DNA from: Amycolatopsis sp. CA-128772
Lineage (GTDB): Bacteria > Actinomycetota > Actinomycetes > Mycobacteriales > Pseudonocardiaceae
NCBI RefSeq assembly: GCF_002904295.1
Contig: NZ_PPHG01000085.1
Span: 22,047-54,046, forward strand
Length of the DNA stretch: 32,000 bases
Direction: 5' to 3'
The notes under the pieces were generated by a model that saw only the letters and a list, made by a program, of their open reading frames with translations, had not been told where the DNA came from and did no database searches. Positions 12,705 through 22,950 of this stretch are shown here, one piece after another. How positions within the stretch are numbered: the first letter of the stretch is position 1; each line of letters begins with the position of its first letter. The translations under genes and the position numbers were made by a program.

Positions 12705-13583
12705 TCAGGGAAGGTAGGGGCCGGCCAGCAGGTCGAGGCGGTCGCGGTCGCAGTCCGACATCGAGGCCGCGTTCGACATGATTGCCTGGGACAAAGCGTC
12801 CTGGCAGTCGCACGTTCGCTCCTCCCGTGGCGCCGCCGTCAGGTTGCGGATCGCCTGCTGGGCCGCGGCCACGTTCCTGCGCATCACCTCCGCCACCATC
12901 GTCGCCGTCACCGGGGCTTCGTCCTGCCGCCAGCAGTCGTAGTCCGTCACCAGGGCGATCGTGGCCAGGCAGAGCCCCGCCTCGCGGGCCAGTTTCGCCT
13001 CCGGGGCCGCCGTCATGCCGACGATGTCCATGCCCAGCGCGCGGTTCAGGTCGGACTCCGCCCGCGTCGAAAACTGCGGGCCCTCGATGCACAGGTACGT
13101 GCCCGAGCCGTGCGAGGCGACCCCCGGCACGGTGCTCACCGCGGTGAGCACCTGCCGGCGCAGCCGTGGGCAGAACGGCTCCGCGAACGGGAGGTGCGCC
13201 ACCAGGCCGCGGTCGAAGAACGTCGACGTGCGGCCCTTGGTGAAGTCGACGAGCTGGTCCGGGACGACCAGCTCGCCCGGGCGCAGGTGGTCGCGCATGC
13301 TGCCGACCGCGCTCACGCTGACCAGCTCGCGGACGCCGAGGTACTTCATCGCGTAGATGTTCGCCGCCGCCGGTATGGCCGCCGGGGAATGCTGGTGGTG
13401 CCTTCCGTGGCGGGCCAGGAATGCGACCCGCCTGCCGTCGAGGTCGCCGACCACCACCGCGTCGCTCGGATTTCCGAACGGGGTGGACAGCCGGAATTCG
13501 CTGACGTTCCCGAGGCCCGGGAAGTCGTAGAGCCCGCTGCCGCCGATGATGCCGATCTCGGCCTCGACCGAGTTGGTCGCCAT
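12705..13583 (-). CDS. flB: 5'-fluoro-5'-deoxyadenosine phosphorylase (MTAP-family purine nucleoside phosphorylase, FlB-like)
   Basis: 292 aa with MTAP-type motifs: IGIIGGSGLY, FLARHGRHH, VSAVGS, VGMTAAPEAKLAREAG, VTDYDCW. It is divergently adjacent to ahcY and the fluorinase gene, as flB is in the S. cattleya fl cluster (recalled). Substrate assignment comes from context only. Confidence 0.8.
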   Translation of the reverse strand: MATNSVEAEIGIIGGSGLYDFPGLGNVSEFRLSTPFGNPSDAVVVGDLDGRRVAFLARHGRHHQHSPAAIPAAANIYAMKYLGVRELVSVSAVGSMRDHLRPGELVVPDQLVDFTKGRTSTFFDRGLVAHLPFAEPFCPRLRRQVLTAVSTVPGVASHGSGTYLCIEGPQFSTRAESDLNRALGMDIVGMTAAPEAKLAREAGLCLATIALVTDYDCWRQDEAPVTATMVAEVMRRNVAAAQQAIRNLTAAPREERTCDCQDALSQAIMSNAASMSDCDRDRLDLLAGPYLP

Positions 13584-13764
13584 AACCGCTCCCGCCTCTC
13601 GGCAGATGGAAAGTCGTTGCCCGGCAGGGGGATCCGGCCGCCGGGTGCCCGTGCCGCGATCCTAGCAACGGGAAGCTCGGGCGCGGAATGTGCGGATGAG
13701 GGTAGGCCGGCTCCGACGATGGTCGTAGGCGCGGTGCCGAAGGTGGTGTTTTCCCGCGGATTCA

Positions 13765-13794
13765 TTGTTGTGGCCGGGGCGAAAAGCCTAGCGT
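13765..13794 (+). promoter_or_regulatory. candidate sigma-70-type promoter for ahcY
   Basis: TTGTTG (13765-13770), 18-nt spacer, TAGCGT (13789-13794, fits actinobacterial TAnnnT). It sits in the lower-GC part of the flB/ahcY divergent region. Sequence inspection only. Confidence 0.3.
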
Positions 13795-13829
13795 GACGAC
13801 CATATGCCGTCGGAGAAAGGACGAGCGCG

Positions 13830-15272
13830 GTGCCGACCGGAGTTCCCCACCGAGTAGCCGACCTGTCCCTCGCCGGGTTCGGCCGCAGAGAGATCACCCT
13901 CGCCGAGGACGAAATGCCCGGGCTGATGGCCGTGCGCGCGGAACACGCCGCCGCGCGTCCGCTCGAAGGCGCCCGCATCACCGGCTCGTTGCACATGACC
14001 GTGCAGACGGCGGTGCTCATCGAAACCCTGGTCGCCCTCGGCGCCCAGGTGCGCTGGGCGAGCTGCAACGTCTTCTCGACGCAGGACCACGCCGCCGCGG
14101 CGGTCGTCGCCGGTCCGCACGGCACGGCCGAGGACCCCGCGGGCGTGCCCGTGTTCGCCTGGAAGGGCGAGACGCTCGAAGAGTACTGGTGGGCGGCCGA
14201 GCAGGCGCTCACCTGGCCCGGCGGCGAAGGGCCGAACATGCTGCTCGACGACGGTGGCGACGCCACCATGCTGGTGCACAAGGGCGTCGAGTTCGAGAAG
14301 GCGGGCGAGGTGCCGCCGGCGTCCACAGCGGACTCGGCGGAACACGCGGCGTTCCTGGAGCTGCTGCGCTCGTCGATCGCCGGGCAGCCGGGCAAGTGGA
14401 CCGCGATCGCCGGCCGGGTCCGCGGGGTCACCGAAGAGACCACCACCGGCGTGCACCGGCTCTACCGGATGGCCGAGGCCGGCGAGCTGCTGTTCCCGGC
14501 GATCAACGTCAACGACTCGGTGACGAAGTCGAAGTTCGACAACCGCTACGGCATCCGCCACTCCCTGATCGACGGCATCAACCGCGGCACCGACGTGCTG
14601 ATCGGCGGCAAGGTCGCGGTGGTCTGCGGCTACGGCGACGTCGGCAAGGGCTGCGCGGAGTCGTTGCGCGGGCAGGGTGCGCGGGTCGTCGTCGTGGAGA
14701 TCGACCCGATCTGCGCGCTGCAGGCCGCGATGGACGGCTTCCAGGTGACCACCCTCGACGAAATCGCGGGCGTGGGCGACATCTTCGTGACCGCCACCGG
14801 CAACATCGGCGTGATCACCGTGGACACGCTGGCGCGCATGAAGAACCACGCGATCGTCGGCAACATCGGGCACTTCGACAACGAGATCGACATGGCCGGG
14901 CTGGCCGCCGTGCCGGGTGTCGTGCGCACGAACGTCAAGCCGCAGGTCGACGAATGGCGGTTCCCGGACGGCCACGCCGTCATCGTCCTGTCCGAGGGCC
15001 GGCTGCTCAACCTCGGGAACGCGACCGGGCACCCGTCGTTCGTGATGAGCAACAGCTTCACCAACCAGGTCATCGCGCAGATCGAGCTGTTCACCCGCCC
15101 CGAGGCGTACCCGGTCGGCGTGCACACCCTCGCCAAGCGGCTCGACGAAAAGGTCGCCCGCCTGCACCTGGCCGCGCTCGGGGTGAAGCTCAGTACGCTG
15201 ACCCCGGAGCAGGCCGAGTACCTCGGGGTTCCGGTGGAGGGCCCCTACAAACCCGGGTACTACCGCTACTGA
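13830..15272 (+). CDS. ahcY: adenosylhomocysteinase (SAH hydrolase; FlI-like position in the cluster)
   Basis: 480 aa, canonical along its length: [57 protein letters not shown]-binding [19 protein letters not shown]-terminal KPGYYRY. GTG 13830 follows a GGAGAAAGGA RBS. Confidence 0.95.
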   Translation: MPTGVPHRVADLSLAGFGRREITLAEDEMPGLMAVRAEHAAARPLEGARITGSLHMTVQTAVLIETLVALGAQVRWASCNVFSTQDHAAAAVVAGPHGTAEDPAGVPVFAWKGETLEEYWWAAEQALTWPGGEGPNMLLDDGGDATMLVHKGVEFEKAGEVPPASTADSAEHAAFLELLRSSIAGQPGKWTAIAGRVRGVTEETTTGVHRLYRMAEAGELLFPAINVNDSVTKSKFDNRYGIRHSLIDGINRGTDVLIGGKVAVVCGYGDVGKGCAESLRGQGARVVVVEIDPICALQAAMDGFQVTTLDEIAGVGDIFVTATGNIGVITVDTLARMKNHAIVGNIGHFDNEIDMAGLAAVPGVVRTNVKPQVDEWRFPDGHAVIVLSEGRLLNLGNATGHPSFVMSNSFTNQVIAQIELFTRPEAYPVGVHTLAKRLDEKVARLHLAALGVKLSTLTPEQAEYLGVPVEGPYKPGYYRY

Positions 15273-15290
15273 ACGCGGCCGAAATCGTCC

Positions 15291-15325
15291 CGTCCCGGCG
15301 GCACGCACGCCGGGGCGGGCTTTTT
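15291..15325 (+). terminator. intrinsic-terminator-like hairpin after ahcY
   Basis: Stem CGTCCCGGCG (15291-15300) / CGCCGGGGCG (15308-15317) is 10 bp with one G-U pair and a 7-nt loop. It is followed by GGC and TTTTT (15321-15325). Confidence 0.55.
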
Positions 15326-15417
15326 CCTGCCGTGGAAAGTGGTATCCGAAAACTGCGACCATCCGCCTGCCGTCCTGCATCCAATGGCCACATTTCCGGT
15401 GGGTCGACCGGTTTTCC

Positions 15418-16391
<974 letters not shown>

Positions 16392-16424
16392 CCGCACGCG
16401 CTCCGCCCTTCCGGAAAGGTCGTC

Positions 16425-17819
16425 ATGTCCCTCCAATCCGCCGACCTCGCCCGGCTGCTGGTCGCGATGGCGATGCTGCTGACGGTCGCGCACCTGGGCG
16501 CCCGGCTGTGCACGCTGCTGCGCCAGCCGCCGGTGATCGGCGAGATACTGGGCGGGCTGCTGCTCGGCCCCACCGTGCTGGGCCTGATCGCACCGGGCGC
16601 CGCGAGCGCCCTGCTGCCGAAGGCCGGCGTCACCCCGGTGGGGCTGGGCGTGCTCCAGGAACTCGGCCTGCTGCTGCTGATGTTCCTGTCCGGCCGTGAG
16701 GTGCTCGCCTCCCGCACCACCGCGCGCCGCCGGACCGTCGTCGCGGTGGCGCTGAGCGGGCTGGTCCTCCCGTTCGCGGCGGCGATGGCGAGCGTCGGGC
16801 TGTTCGACCACACCGCCTATTCCGGCCCGCACGGCACCCGGCTGACGTTCGTGCTGGTGTTCGGGATCGGGATCGCGGTGACGAGCATCCCGGTGATCTC
16901 GCGGATCATGCTCGACCTCGACCTGCTGCACACGCGGTTCGCCAGGGTGGTGCTTTCCGTGGCCCTGCTGGAGGACGTCGTCCTGTACGTCACACTCGCG
17001 GTGATCCTCGGTCTCGTGCAGGGCGCCGCCGCGCCGGTGTTCGGGCTGTGGTCGCTCGTCGGCGTGCCGGACATCGGCCTCACCACGGCGTACTACGTGA
17101 CGGCGAGCCTCGTGCTGTTCGCGGTGTTCATGCCGTGGGGCCGGAAGATCTTCGCGGTACTGGCGCACAACCGGTTCAACTTCGTCGAGCGGCGCAGCGC
17201 GACGGCGTTCCGGCTGCTGTTCCTGCTGGTGCTGGTGCTGGTGTGCGTGTTCATCGGCGTCAACCCGGTGTTCGGGGCCATCCTCGCCGGGGTGTCGGCG
17301 GCCGGCGCGGACGCCGACGACACCGACGTGCGCCGCCGCGAGCAGGCCGAGCACGCCTGGGACGCGCTGAAGAAGGTGTCGCTGGCGCTGTTCATCCCGC
17401 TCTACTTCGCGGTCGTCGGGCTGCAGCTGGACCTGGTGCACCACCTGTCGGTCGGCTTCTTCCTCGCCTACCTGCTGCTCGCGTGCGTCACGAAGACCGT
17501 GAGCGTCTGGCTGGGCGCGCGGGTGGCCGGCGAGCCGCCGCGCAGCGCGGTCGACCTGGCGATCGCGCTCAACGCCCGTGGCGGGCCCGGTATCGTGCTC
17601 GCCACGGTGACGTTGTCGGCCGGGGTGATCAACGAGGATTTCTTCACCGTGCTGGTGATCCTGTCGATCCTGACTTCGCAGGCCGCCGGGCTCTGGCTGC
17701 AGCACGCCGGAGTGGGCGGCGAAACCGGGCGGCCGCACCGCATCCGGGAGAACGGCGGCGCACCGGGGAGAACCGCCGAAACGGATCCGGCGGAAAGCGA
17801 CCGGGCCGTCCGCGGCTGA
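16425..17819 (+). CDS. flH: cation:proton antiporter (Na+/H+ exchanger fold; FlH-like)
   Basis: 464 aa polytopic membrane protein with the typical CPA N-terminus ([39 protein letters not shown]) and about 12 hydrophobic segments. It starts 34 nt after the flA stop with a GGAAAGG RBS. The same gene type sits in the S. cattleya fl cluster (flH, recalled). Confidence 0.85.
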   Translation: MSLQSADLARLLVAMAMLLTVAHLGARLCTLLRQPPVIGEILGGLLLGPTVLGLIAPGAASALLPKAGVTPVGLGVLQELGLLLLMFLSGREVLASRTTARRRTVVAVALSGLVLPFAAAMASVGLFDHTAYSGPHGTRLTFVLVFGIGIAVTSIPVISRIMLDLDLLHTRFARVVLSVALLEDVVLYVTLAVILGLVQGAAAPVFGLWSLVGVPDIGLTTAYYVTASLVLFAVFMPWGRKIFAVLAHNRFNFVERRSATAFRLLFLLVLVLVCVFIGVNPVFGAILAGVSAAGADADDTDVRRREQAEHAWDALKKVSLALFIPLYFAVVGLQLDLVHHLSVGFFLAYLLLACVTKTVSVWLGARVAGEPPRSAVDLAIALNARGGPGIVLATVTLSAGVINEDFFTVLVILSILTSQAAGLWLQHAGVGGETGRPHRIRENGGAPGRTAETDPAESDRAVRG

Positions 17820-17917
17820 CCCCCGCGGGTCCGGCCCGGCCACCCGGAGCCACGGATGCCGTGCGGGGCAGGCTGTTCCGGTGCGGAAAAGCCCGGAACC
17901 CGGTGCCCGGCCGACGG

Positions 17918-17954
17918 GGTAGGTGGAAGGTCGCACCGCGGGTTACCACCTACC
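17918..17954 (+). promoter_or_regulatory. strong hairpin in the 266-nt flH-metK spacer (function unknown)
   Basis: 9-bp perfect stem GGTAGGTGG (17918-17926) / CCACCTACC (17946-17954) with a 19-nt loop. It is immediately followed by the mini-hairpin CCGGC-ATT-GCCGG, and TTCCGG...CCGGAA (17876-17898) pairs upstream. There is no U-tract. Confidence 0.3.
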
Positions 17955-18085
17955 GGCATTGCCGGACGGCCGGTCGGTGCCGCACACTGGAATGCATTAC
18001 GGGGGCGTTCTCGAAATCGGATCCAGCGCCGTTCGCGCTGTGGCGAATGCGTCCCGTCGGAAATTTCGAAGCGCGGGAGGCGATT

Positions 18086-19273
18086 GTGCCCGATCGGCTG
18101 TTCACGTCCGAATCGGTGACCGAGGGACATCCCGACAAGCTGGCGGACCAGATCAGCGACGCCGTCCTGGACGCGGCCCTGCGGGCCGATCCGGCGGCGC
18201 GGGCCGCGGTCGAAACCCTGGTGACCACCGGGATGGTGCACGTCGCCGGCGAGGTGAGCCGGGTCCCGGACGACGTCGTGGGCCTGGTCCGCGAGACGAT
18301 CCTCGACGTCGGTTACGACTCCGTGCGCCGCGGGTTCGACGGGGCCGCGTGCGGGGTCCAGGTTTCGCTCGGCCGGCAGTCGCCGGACATCGCCCAGGGC
18401 GTCGAACGGTCGCTGGAGACCCGGCAGGGCGACGGGGCCGGGCTCGACCACCAGGGTGCGGGGGACCAGGGCATGATGTTCGGTTACGCCTGCGACGAAA
18501 CCCCGGAGCTGATGCCGCTGCCGATCGTGCTGGCGCACCGGCTCGCCGAGCGGCTGGCGCGGGTGCGCCGCCAGGGCGTCCTGCCGTTCCTCGGCCCGGA
18601 CGGCAAGACCCAGGTGACGATCGCCTACCAGGACGGGCGGCCGCTGCGGCTGGACACCATCGTGGTCTCCACCCAGCACGACGCCGGGATCGACCTCGAG
18701 ACGACGCTGACCCCGGCGGTGGCCGCGGAGGTCGTCCGGCCGGAGCTGGCGCGGCTGGACCTCACCGCGACGGGCTTCCGGCTGCTGGTCAACCCGAGCG
18801 GGCGGTTCGAGCTCGGCGGCCCCGCGGCGGACACCGGACTCACCGGGCGGAAGATCATCATCGACACCTACGGCGGGATGGCCCGCCACGGCGGCGGTGC
18901 GTTCTCCGGCAAGGACCCCTCGAAGGTCGACCGGTCCGCCGCCTACGCGGTGCGCTGGGCGGCGAAGAACGTCGTCGCGGCCGGCCTCGCCGCGCGGTGC
19001 GAAATCCAGGTGGCGTACGCGATCGGGCGGGCCGCGCCGGTGTCGCTGCTCGTCGAATGCTTCGGCACCGAGAAGGCGCCGGTCGACCAGATCCGCGCCG
19101 CCGTCGAAGCGGTCTTCGACCTGCGCCCGGCCGCGATCATCCGCGACCTGGACCTGTGCCGCCCCCGGTACCGGGCCACGGCCGCCTACGGGCACTTCGG
19201 CCGCGTCGACGGCGATTTCCCCTGGGAACGGGTCGATCGGGCCGGCGCCCTGCTGGCCGCCGTGCGGAGCTGA
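18086..19273 (+). CDS. metK: S-adenosylmethionine synthetase, cluster-situated
   Basis: This is the C-terminal 395 codons of the 741-aa track ORF. GTG 18086 follows a GGGAGG RBS (18075-18080). Canonical motifs: [55 protein letters not shown]. An alternative in-frame start is ATG 18047. Confidence 0.92.
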   Translation: MPDRLFTSESVTEGHPDKLADQISDAVLDAALRADPAARAAVETLVTTGMVHVAGEVSRVPDDVVGLVRETILDVGYDSVRRGFDGAACGVQVSLGRQSPDIAQGVERSLETRQGDGAGLDHQGAGDQGMMFGYACDETPELMPLPIVLAHRLAERLARVRRQGVLPFLGPDGKTQVTIAYQDGRPLRLDTIVVSTQHDAGIDLETTLTPAVAAEVVRPELARLDLTATGFRLLVNPSGRFELGGPAADTGLTGRKIIIDTYGGMARHGGGAFSGKDPSKVDRSAAYAVRWAAKNVVAAGLAARCEIQVAYAIGRAAPVSLLVECFGTEKAPVDQIRAAVEAVFDLRPAAIIRDLDLCRPRYRATAAYGHFGRVDGDFPWERVDRAGALLAAVRS

Positions 19274-19276
19274 GCC

Positions 19277-19846
19277 GTGACCGCGACCGGCTCACTCGCC
19301 CGTACCGTTGCCGCCTCGTTGCGGGCGTACCCCGGCTTCCCGGAACCCGGTGTGCTGTTCCAGGACCTCGGTCCGCTCTACGCCACCCCCGGCCTGCTGA
19401 CCGAGCTCGCGTCCGCGGTGATCGACCGGTACGCCGGCGCGTTCGACGCGGTGGCGGCGATCGAGGCCCGCGGGTTCGTCCTCGGCGCCGCGGTCGCCCA
19501 GCAGGCCCGAAAACCCCTTGTGCTGGCCCGGAAAGCCGGCAAGCTGCCCGGCGAGCTGCACACGGTGACGTACTCGCTGGAATACGGCGAAGCCGTGCTG
19601 CAGACGCAGGCCGGGGTGTTCGCGCCCGGGGTGCGGGTGCTGCTCGTCGACGACGTGCTCGCCACTGGTGGCACGCTCGCCGCCGCGGGCCGGCTCGTGG
19701 AGCTCGGCGGCGGCCGGGTCGCCGGTTACGCCGTCGTGGTGACGATCGCGCCGCTCGGCGGTCCGCGGCGGCTGGCGGGCATCCCCGGCTTCAGCGTGCT
19801 CACCCTGCCCGGCGAAAACGCCGATGGCGCCGGCGATCCGCCGTAG
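19277..19846 (+). CDS. apt: adenine phosphoribosyltransferase
   Basis: 189 aa: YPGFPEPGVLFQDLGPL, IEARGF.LGAAVA, and the PRPP-binding motif VLLVDDVLATGGT. GTG 19277 lies 3 nt after the metK stop, so the two are probably co-transcribed. Confidence 0.9.
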   Translation: MTATGSLARTVAASLRAYPGFPEPGVLFQDLGPLYATPGLLTELASAVIDRYAGAFDAVAAIEARGFVLGAAVAQQARKPLVLARKAGKLPGELHTVTYSLEYGEAVLQTQAGVFAPGVRVLLVDDVLATGGTLAAAGRLVELGGGRVAGYAVVVTIAPLGGPRRLAGIPGFSVLTLPGENADGAGDPP

Positions 19847-19990
19847 CCGTCGACGTCCGGCCCGGCGCGTCGGTAGAGTGGAAAATCAGGGGTGTCTTCC
19901 TCGCTCCCGTGCGCCGGACGGCCGGTGAGCTCGCCCCGCGTAGTCATCGCCTCGCAACTGCCGCGTGTTCCCAGGGGGAGGTCGTTTTTC

Positions 19991-20668
19991 GTGAAAGCGC
20001 TCAAGGACTGCATGAGTGTCGTCGTCATCGACCGGTACCGGCTGTTCCGCCAGGGAATCATGCAGATCATCTCCGTCGAGGAGGACTTCCGCGTGGTCGG
20101 TGAATGCGGTTTCGGCAAGGACGGCATCACGCTGATCGGGGAGCGCCAGCCCGATCTGGTCCTGCTCGACAGCGACCGCGGCGGCGCGCAGGCGGTGGGC
20201 ATGCTGCGCGGTGTGCTGCTGGTGTCACCGGGTTCGAAGGTCGTGGTGGTCACCGCCCACGACGCGCCCCGGCTCGTCGCCGACCTGATCGCCGCCGGTG
20301 CGCACGCCTACCTGCTCAAGAACGCGACCCGCGAGGAGCTGCTCGTCACGCTTCGCACGGTTTACCGCGATTCGGGCAACGTGGTCGTTTCGGTGCCCCG
20401 GGAAACGTTGCGGGGGATGCACGAACCGGAGCACGTCCTGCTCTCGCGGCGGGAGGCCGAGGTGCTCGGCCTGGTCGCGGTCGGGATGCGCAACTCCCAG
20501 ATCGCGCTCGAGCTCTACATTTCCGAGGGCACCGTCAAGCGGCACCTCACCAACGCCTACGCCAAGCTGGGCGTCGAATCCCGGATCAGCGCGGTCAAGA
20601 AAGCGATCACGCTGGGAATCGTGTCGCTCGACGAGGTCTTCGACGCCGGGGAAACGGTCGGCAAGTGA
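19991..20668 (+). CDS. LuxR/NarL-family response regulator, atypical receiver (regulator 1)
   Basis: Receiver-like N-domain (VVVIDRYRLFRQG...DLVLLDSD...VVVVTAHD...AYLLKN) plus a C-terminal LuxR HTH ([45 protein letters not shown]). Start is uncertain: GTG 19991 has GGGGAGG 9 nt upstream; ATG 20012 is the alternative. The usual DD acidic pair is DR here. Confidence 0.8.
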   Translation: MKALKDCMSVVVIDRYRLFRQGIMQIISVEEDFRVVGECGFGKDGITLIGERQPDLVLLDSDRGGAQAVGMLRGVLLVSPGSKVVVVTAHDAPRLVADLIAAGAHAYLLKNATREELLVTLRTVYRDSGNVVVSVPRETLRGMHEPEHVLLSRREAEVLGLVAVGMRNSQIALELYISEGTVKRHLTNAYAKLGVESRISAVKKAITLGIVSLDEVFDAGETVGK

Positions 20669-20807
20669 CGGGTGTGCCGGGGTTGTCACGGTGAAGCGGG
20701 GCAAAGCCGGGGTTTTCCGGCGCGAATAGCGGTGGCGGCAACTCGAATGGGCTAACCGTCCGGTTGTACTTTCTTACTGAATCTTCAACCTTGCGCCGGA
20801 GTTGTGG

Positions 20808-20820
20808 ACTGTGCCACAGT
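20808..20820. promoter_or_regulatory. perfect palindrome between the two regulator genes (candidate operator)
   Basis: ACTGTGcCACAGT (arms 6-1-6) lies in the 237-bp lower-GC spacer, about 85 nt upstream of ATG 20906. Confidence 0.3.
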
Positions 20821-20905
20821 GGAAGTGGATTGGGGGCCCGGATCATCGCGCGGGAGAACCGCGGCACCTGCCTCCTTTCGGTGTGCCAAAGCGGGGTGGC
20901 AGTCC

Positions 20906-21568
20906 ATGGGGACCGGAACGGGTGTCATCAGTGTCGTGGTGATCGACGATCAGCAGCTGTCCCGGCAGGGCATGATCGAATTGCTGGCCGCCGAACCGGG
21001 CATCGAAGTCGTGGGGGACGGTGTGCTCGGCGACGCCGAGACCCTCGCCATGCGGCTGCGGCCGGACATCGTGCTGCTGGACGGCGAAGTCGGCGACGGC
21101 CACGTGGTCGCCGGGGTGGACGGCCTCGCCCGGGCGGCCCCGGCCGCCAAGCTGGTCGCGGTGATCGAGCACGACGACCCGCGCTTCGTCGGCACCTTGA
21201 TTTCGGCGGGGGCCCACGCCTACGTGCTGCGCAGCGCGACGCGTGACGAGCTGCTGGTGACCCTCCGTGCGGTGCACCGCGATTCCGGGCACGTCGTGGT
21301 CTCGTTGTCCCGGGCGAAATGGCAGGGGATGAACGGCACCGGCGAGCGCATTCTTTCCCAGCGGGAACGCGAGGTCATCATGCTCGTCGCGGCCGGGATG
21401 AAGAACGCCGAAATAGCGGGCCGGATGTTCATTTCGGAAGGCACCGTGAAGCGGCACCTGACCAACGTCTACAACAAACTCGGGGTGGCTTCCCGGATGG
21501 CGGCGGTGAAGAAGGCCGCCGCGCTCGGCATCGTTTCCTTCGGCGACTCCGCGCCGTCGGACGGCTGA
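20906..21568 (+). CDS. LuxR/NarL-family response regulator, degenerate receiver (regulator 2; paralogue of regulator 1)
   Basis: [13 protein letters not shown]...DIVLLDGE...LVAVIEHDD...AYVLRS, then [45 protein letters not shown]. It aligns by eye with regulator 1 along its whole length. The conserved receiver Thr/Ser and Lys positions read Ile and Arg. The start is placed at ATG 20906. Confidence 0.8.
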   Translation: MGTGTGVISVVVIDDQQLSRQGMIELLAAEPGIEVVGDGVLGDAETLAMRLRPDIVLLDGEVGDGHVVAGVDGLARAAPAAKLVAVIEHDDPRFVGTLISAGAHAYVLRSATRDELLVTLRAVHRDSGHVVVSLSRAKWQGMNGTGERILSQREREVIMLVAAGMKNAEIAGRMFISEGTVKRHLTNVYNKLGVASRMAAVKKAAALGIVSFGDSAPSDG

Positions 21569-21909
21569 TGAGGCGGCACCCGCGGCACAGCCTGGCGGCA
21601 CCGGTGCTCCGCTTGACGATCTTCGTCGGCCGCGAGCTGTGGCACCACCGCCCGGTCGTGCACGAGATCGTCCGCCGCGCCCACCGCGCCGGGCTGGCCG
21701 GGACGTCGGTGTTCCCCAGCATCGAAGGGTTCGGGCGCAGCGCGCGGATCCACGACCTCGGCCGGCTGCGCCTGGCCGAAGGAACCGGGTACCTGGTGGT
21801 GGTCGTGGACACCGAGGACCGCGTGCGCGCGTTCCTGCTGGACCTCGACGAGCTGCTCACCGACGGCCTGGTCACGCTCGAACCGGTGGAGGTGATCGGC
21901 CGGCGCTGA
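21568..21909 (+). CDS. flJ: DUF190 family protein (FlJ-like; family usually linked to crcB fluoride channels)
   Basis: 113 aa: [49 protein letters not shown]...[34 protein letters not shown], matching the DUF190 pattern I recall (IY.GE.D...GKPLY..I.......G..GATV.RGI.GFG....IH). ATG 21568 shares one base with the regulator-2 stop (TGATG at 21566-21570). Confidence 0.85.
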   Translation: MRRHPRHSLAAPVLRLTIFVGRELWHHRPVVHEIVRRAHRAGLAGTSVFPSIEGFGRSARIHDLGRLRLAEGTGYLVVVVDTEDRVRAFLLDLDELLTDGLVTLEPVEVIGRR

Positions 21910-21916
21910 AGGGTGT

Positions 21917-22882
21917 TCAATCGTGCGGCCGGGGCCCGGCCCCGGCGAGGCGCCGGTTCCGCCGGGCCGGTCCGGCTTCGCGGCCGGTCATGAGCCGCCC
22001 GATCAACGCGGCGCCGACGATCAGGACCCCGCCGGCGACCTGAAGCGGGCCGAGGAGCTCGCCCGCCAGCAGGACCGCGAACAGCGCGGCGAACACCGGT
22101 TCGGTGGACAGGATGATGCCCACCCGCGCGGAACCGCCGATGCGGGCGCTGCGCAGCTGGGCGAAGAAGGCGAAGGACGTCCCGAGCACGCCGAGGTAGC
22201 CGATGAGCAGCCAAGTGGAGCCGGTGAGCTGCCCGATCCGTTCCGGTACGCCGGTTTCGAACGCCGCCGACGCGACGCCGGCGAGCAGGGTCACCACGAC
22301 GAATTCGACGAACGTGATGTTGACCAGCGACTGCGGCCCGCTGCGGGCCGAACCGCGGCCGAAGAGGGTGATCTGGAACCCGCGGATCAGCGCCGCCCCG
22401 AGGATGATCAGGTCGCCGAGCTGGGGCCGGAAGCCGTGGGCGAGCGAGAGCAGCCCGCAGCCGGCGAGGCCGCACAGCGTGGCGACGTAGACGAGCGCGT
22501 GGTAGCGGCGCCGGAAGAGGGCCCACTCGAACAACGGGATCAGCACCACGGACACCGTGATGAGGAAGCCCGCGTTCGCGGCGCTCGTGAACCGGACGCC
22601 GGCCGTTTCGCAGGCCAGGACGCCGAAGAGGAGCGTGCCGAACAGCGCTCCCGACCGGACTTCGTGGGCGGTCAGCGCCCGCAGGGAACGCCGTCCCATC
22701 ACCGCGATGACCGGCAGCGAGCACACGAACCGCAGGGCCAGGAACGCCATCACCGGCAACGAATGGCCGACGATCTGCATGACGACGTAGGTCGAGCCCC
22801 AGATGACCGCGACGAGCACGATGGAGACGTCGCTGATCACCAGGGCGCGCTGATCGGCCACCGGATCGTCGAGCTGCTGCAT
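21917..22882 (-). CDS. EamA/DMT-superfamily transporter (FthC-like putative 4-fluorothreonine exporter)
   Basis: 321 aa taken from ATG 22882 (MQQLDDPVADQRALVISDVSIVLVAVIWGSTYVV...), with GAGGGGGA upstream. It has about 10 TM segments in two EamA-like repeats. The rest of the 694-aa track ORF is an artefact that overlaps the isomerase gene frame. Confidence 0.8.
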   Translation of the reverse strand: MQQLDDPVADQRALVISDVSIVLVAVIWGSTYVVMQIVGHSLPVMAFLALRFVCSLPVIAVMGRRSLRALTAHEVRSGALFGTLLFGVLACETAGVRFTSAANAGFLITVSVVLIPLFEWALFRRRYHALVYVATLCGLAGCGLLSLAHGFRPQLGDLIILGAALIRGFQITLFGRGSARSGPQSLVNITFVEFVVVTLLAGVASAAFETGVPERIGQLTGSTWLLIGYLGVLGTSFAFFAQLRSARIGGSARVGIILSTEPVFAALFAVLLAGELLGPLQVAGGVLIVGAALIGRLMTGREAGPARRNRRLAGAGPRPHD

Positions 22883-22950
22883 CGCGGCCAGTTCCCCCTC
22901 GCGGCTGCGTTCAATATAATTACCAACGTAGCCCACTTCGGTGATCGTGG

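Noticed and set aside
13584-13829. Possible SAH riboswitch upstream of ahcY
   Set aside because: I could not find the conserved SAH-element core as I remember it, nor a convincing pseudoknotted hairpin. The region looks like a plain divergent promoter. An Infernal scan would settle this.
17820-18085. SAM-I or SAM-IV riboswitch in the metK leader
   Set aside because: The conserved SAM-I/SAM-IV core strings I remember are not visible. I kept only the weaker claim that the leader is structured and unclassified.
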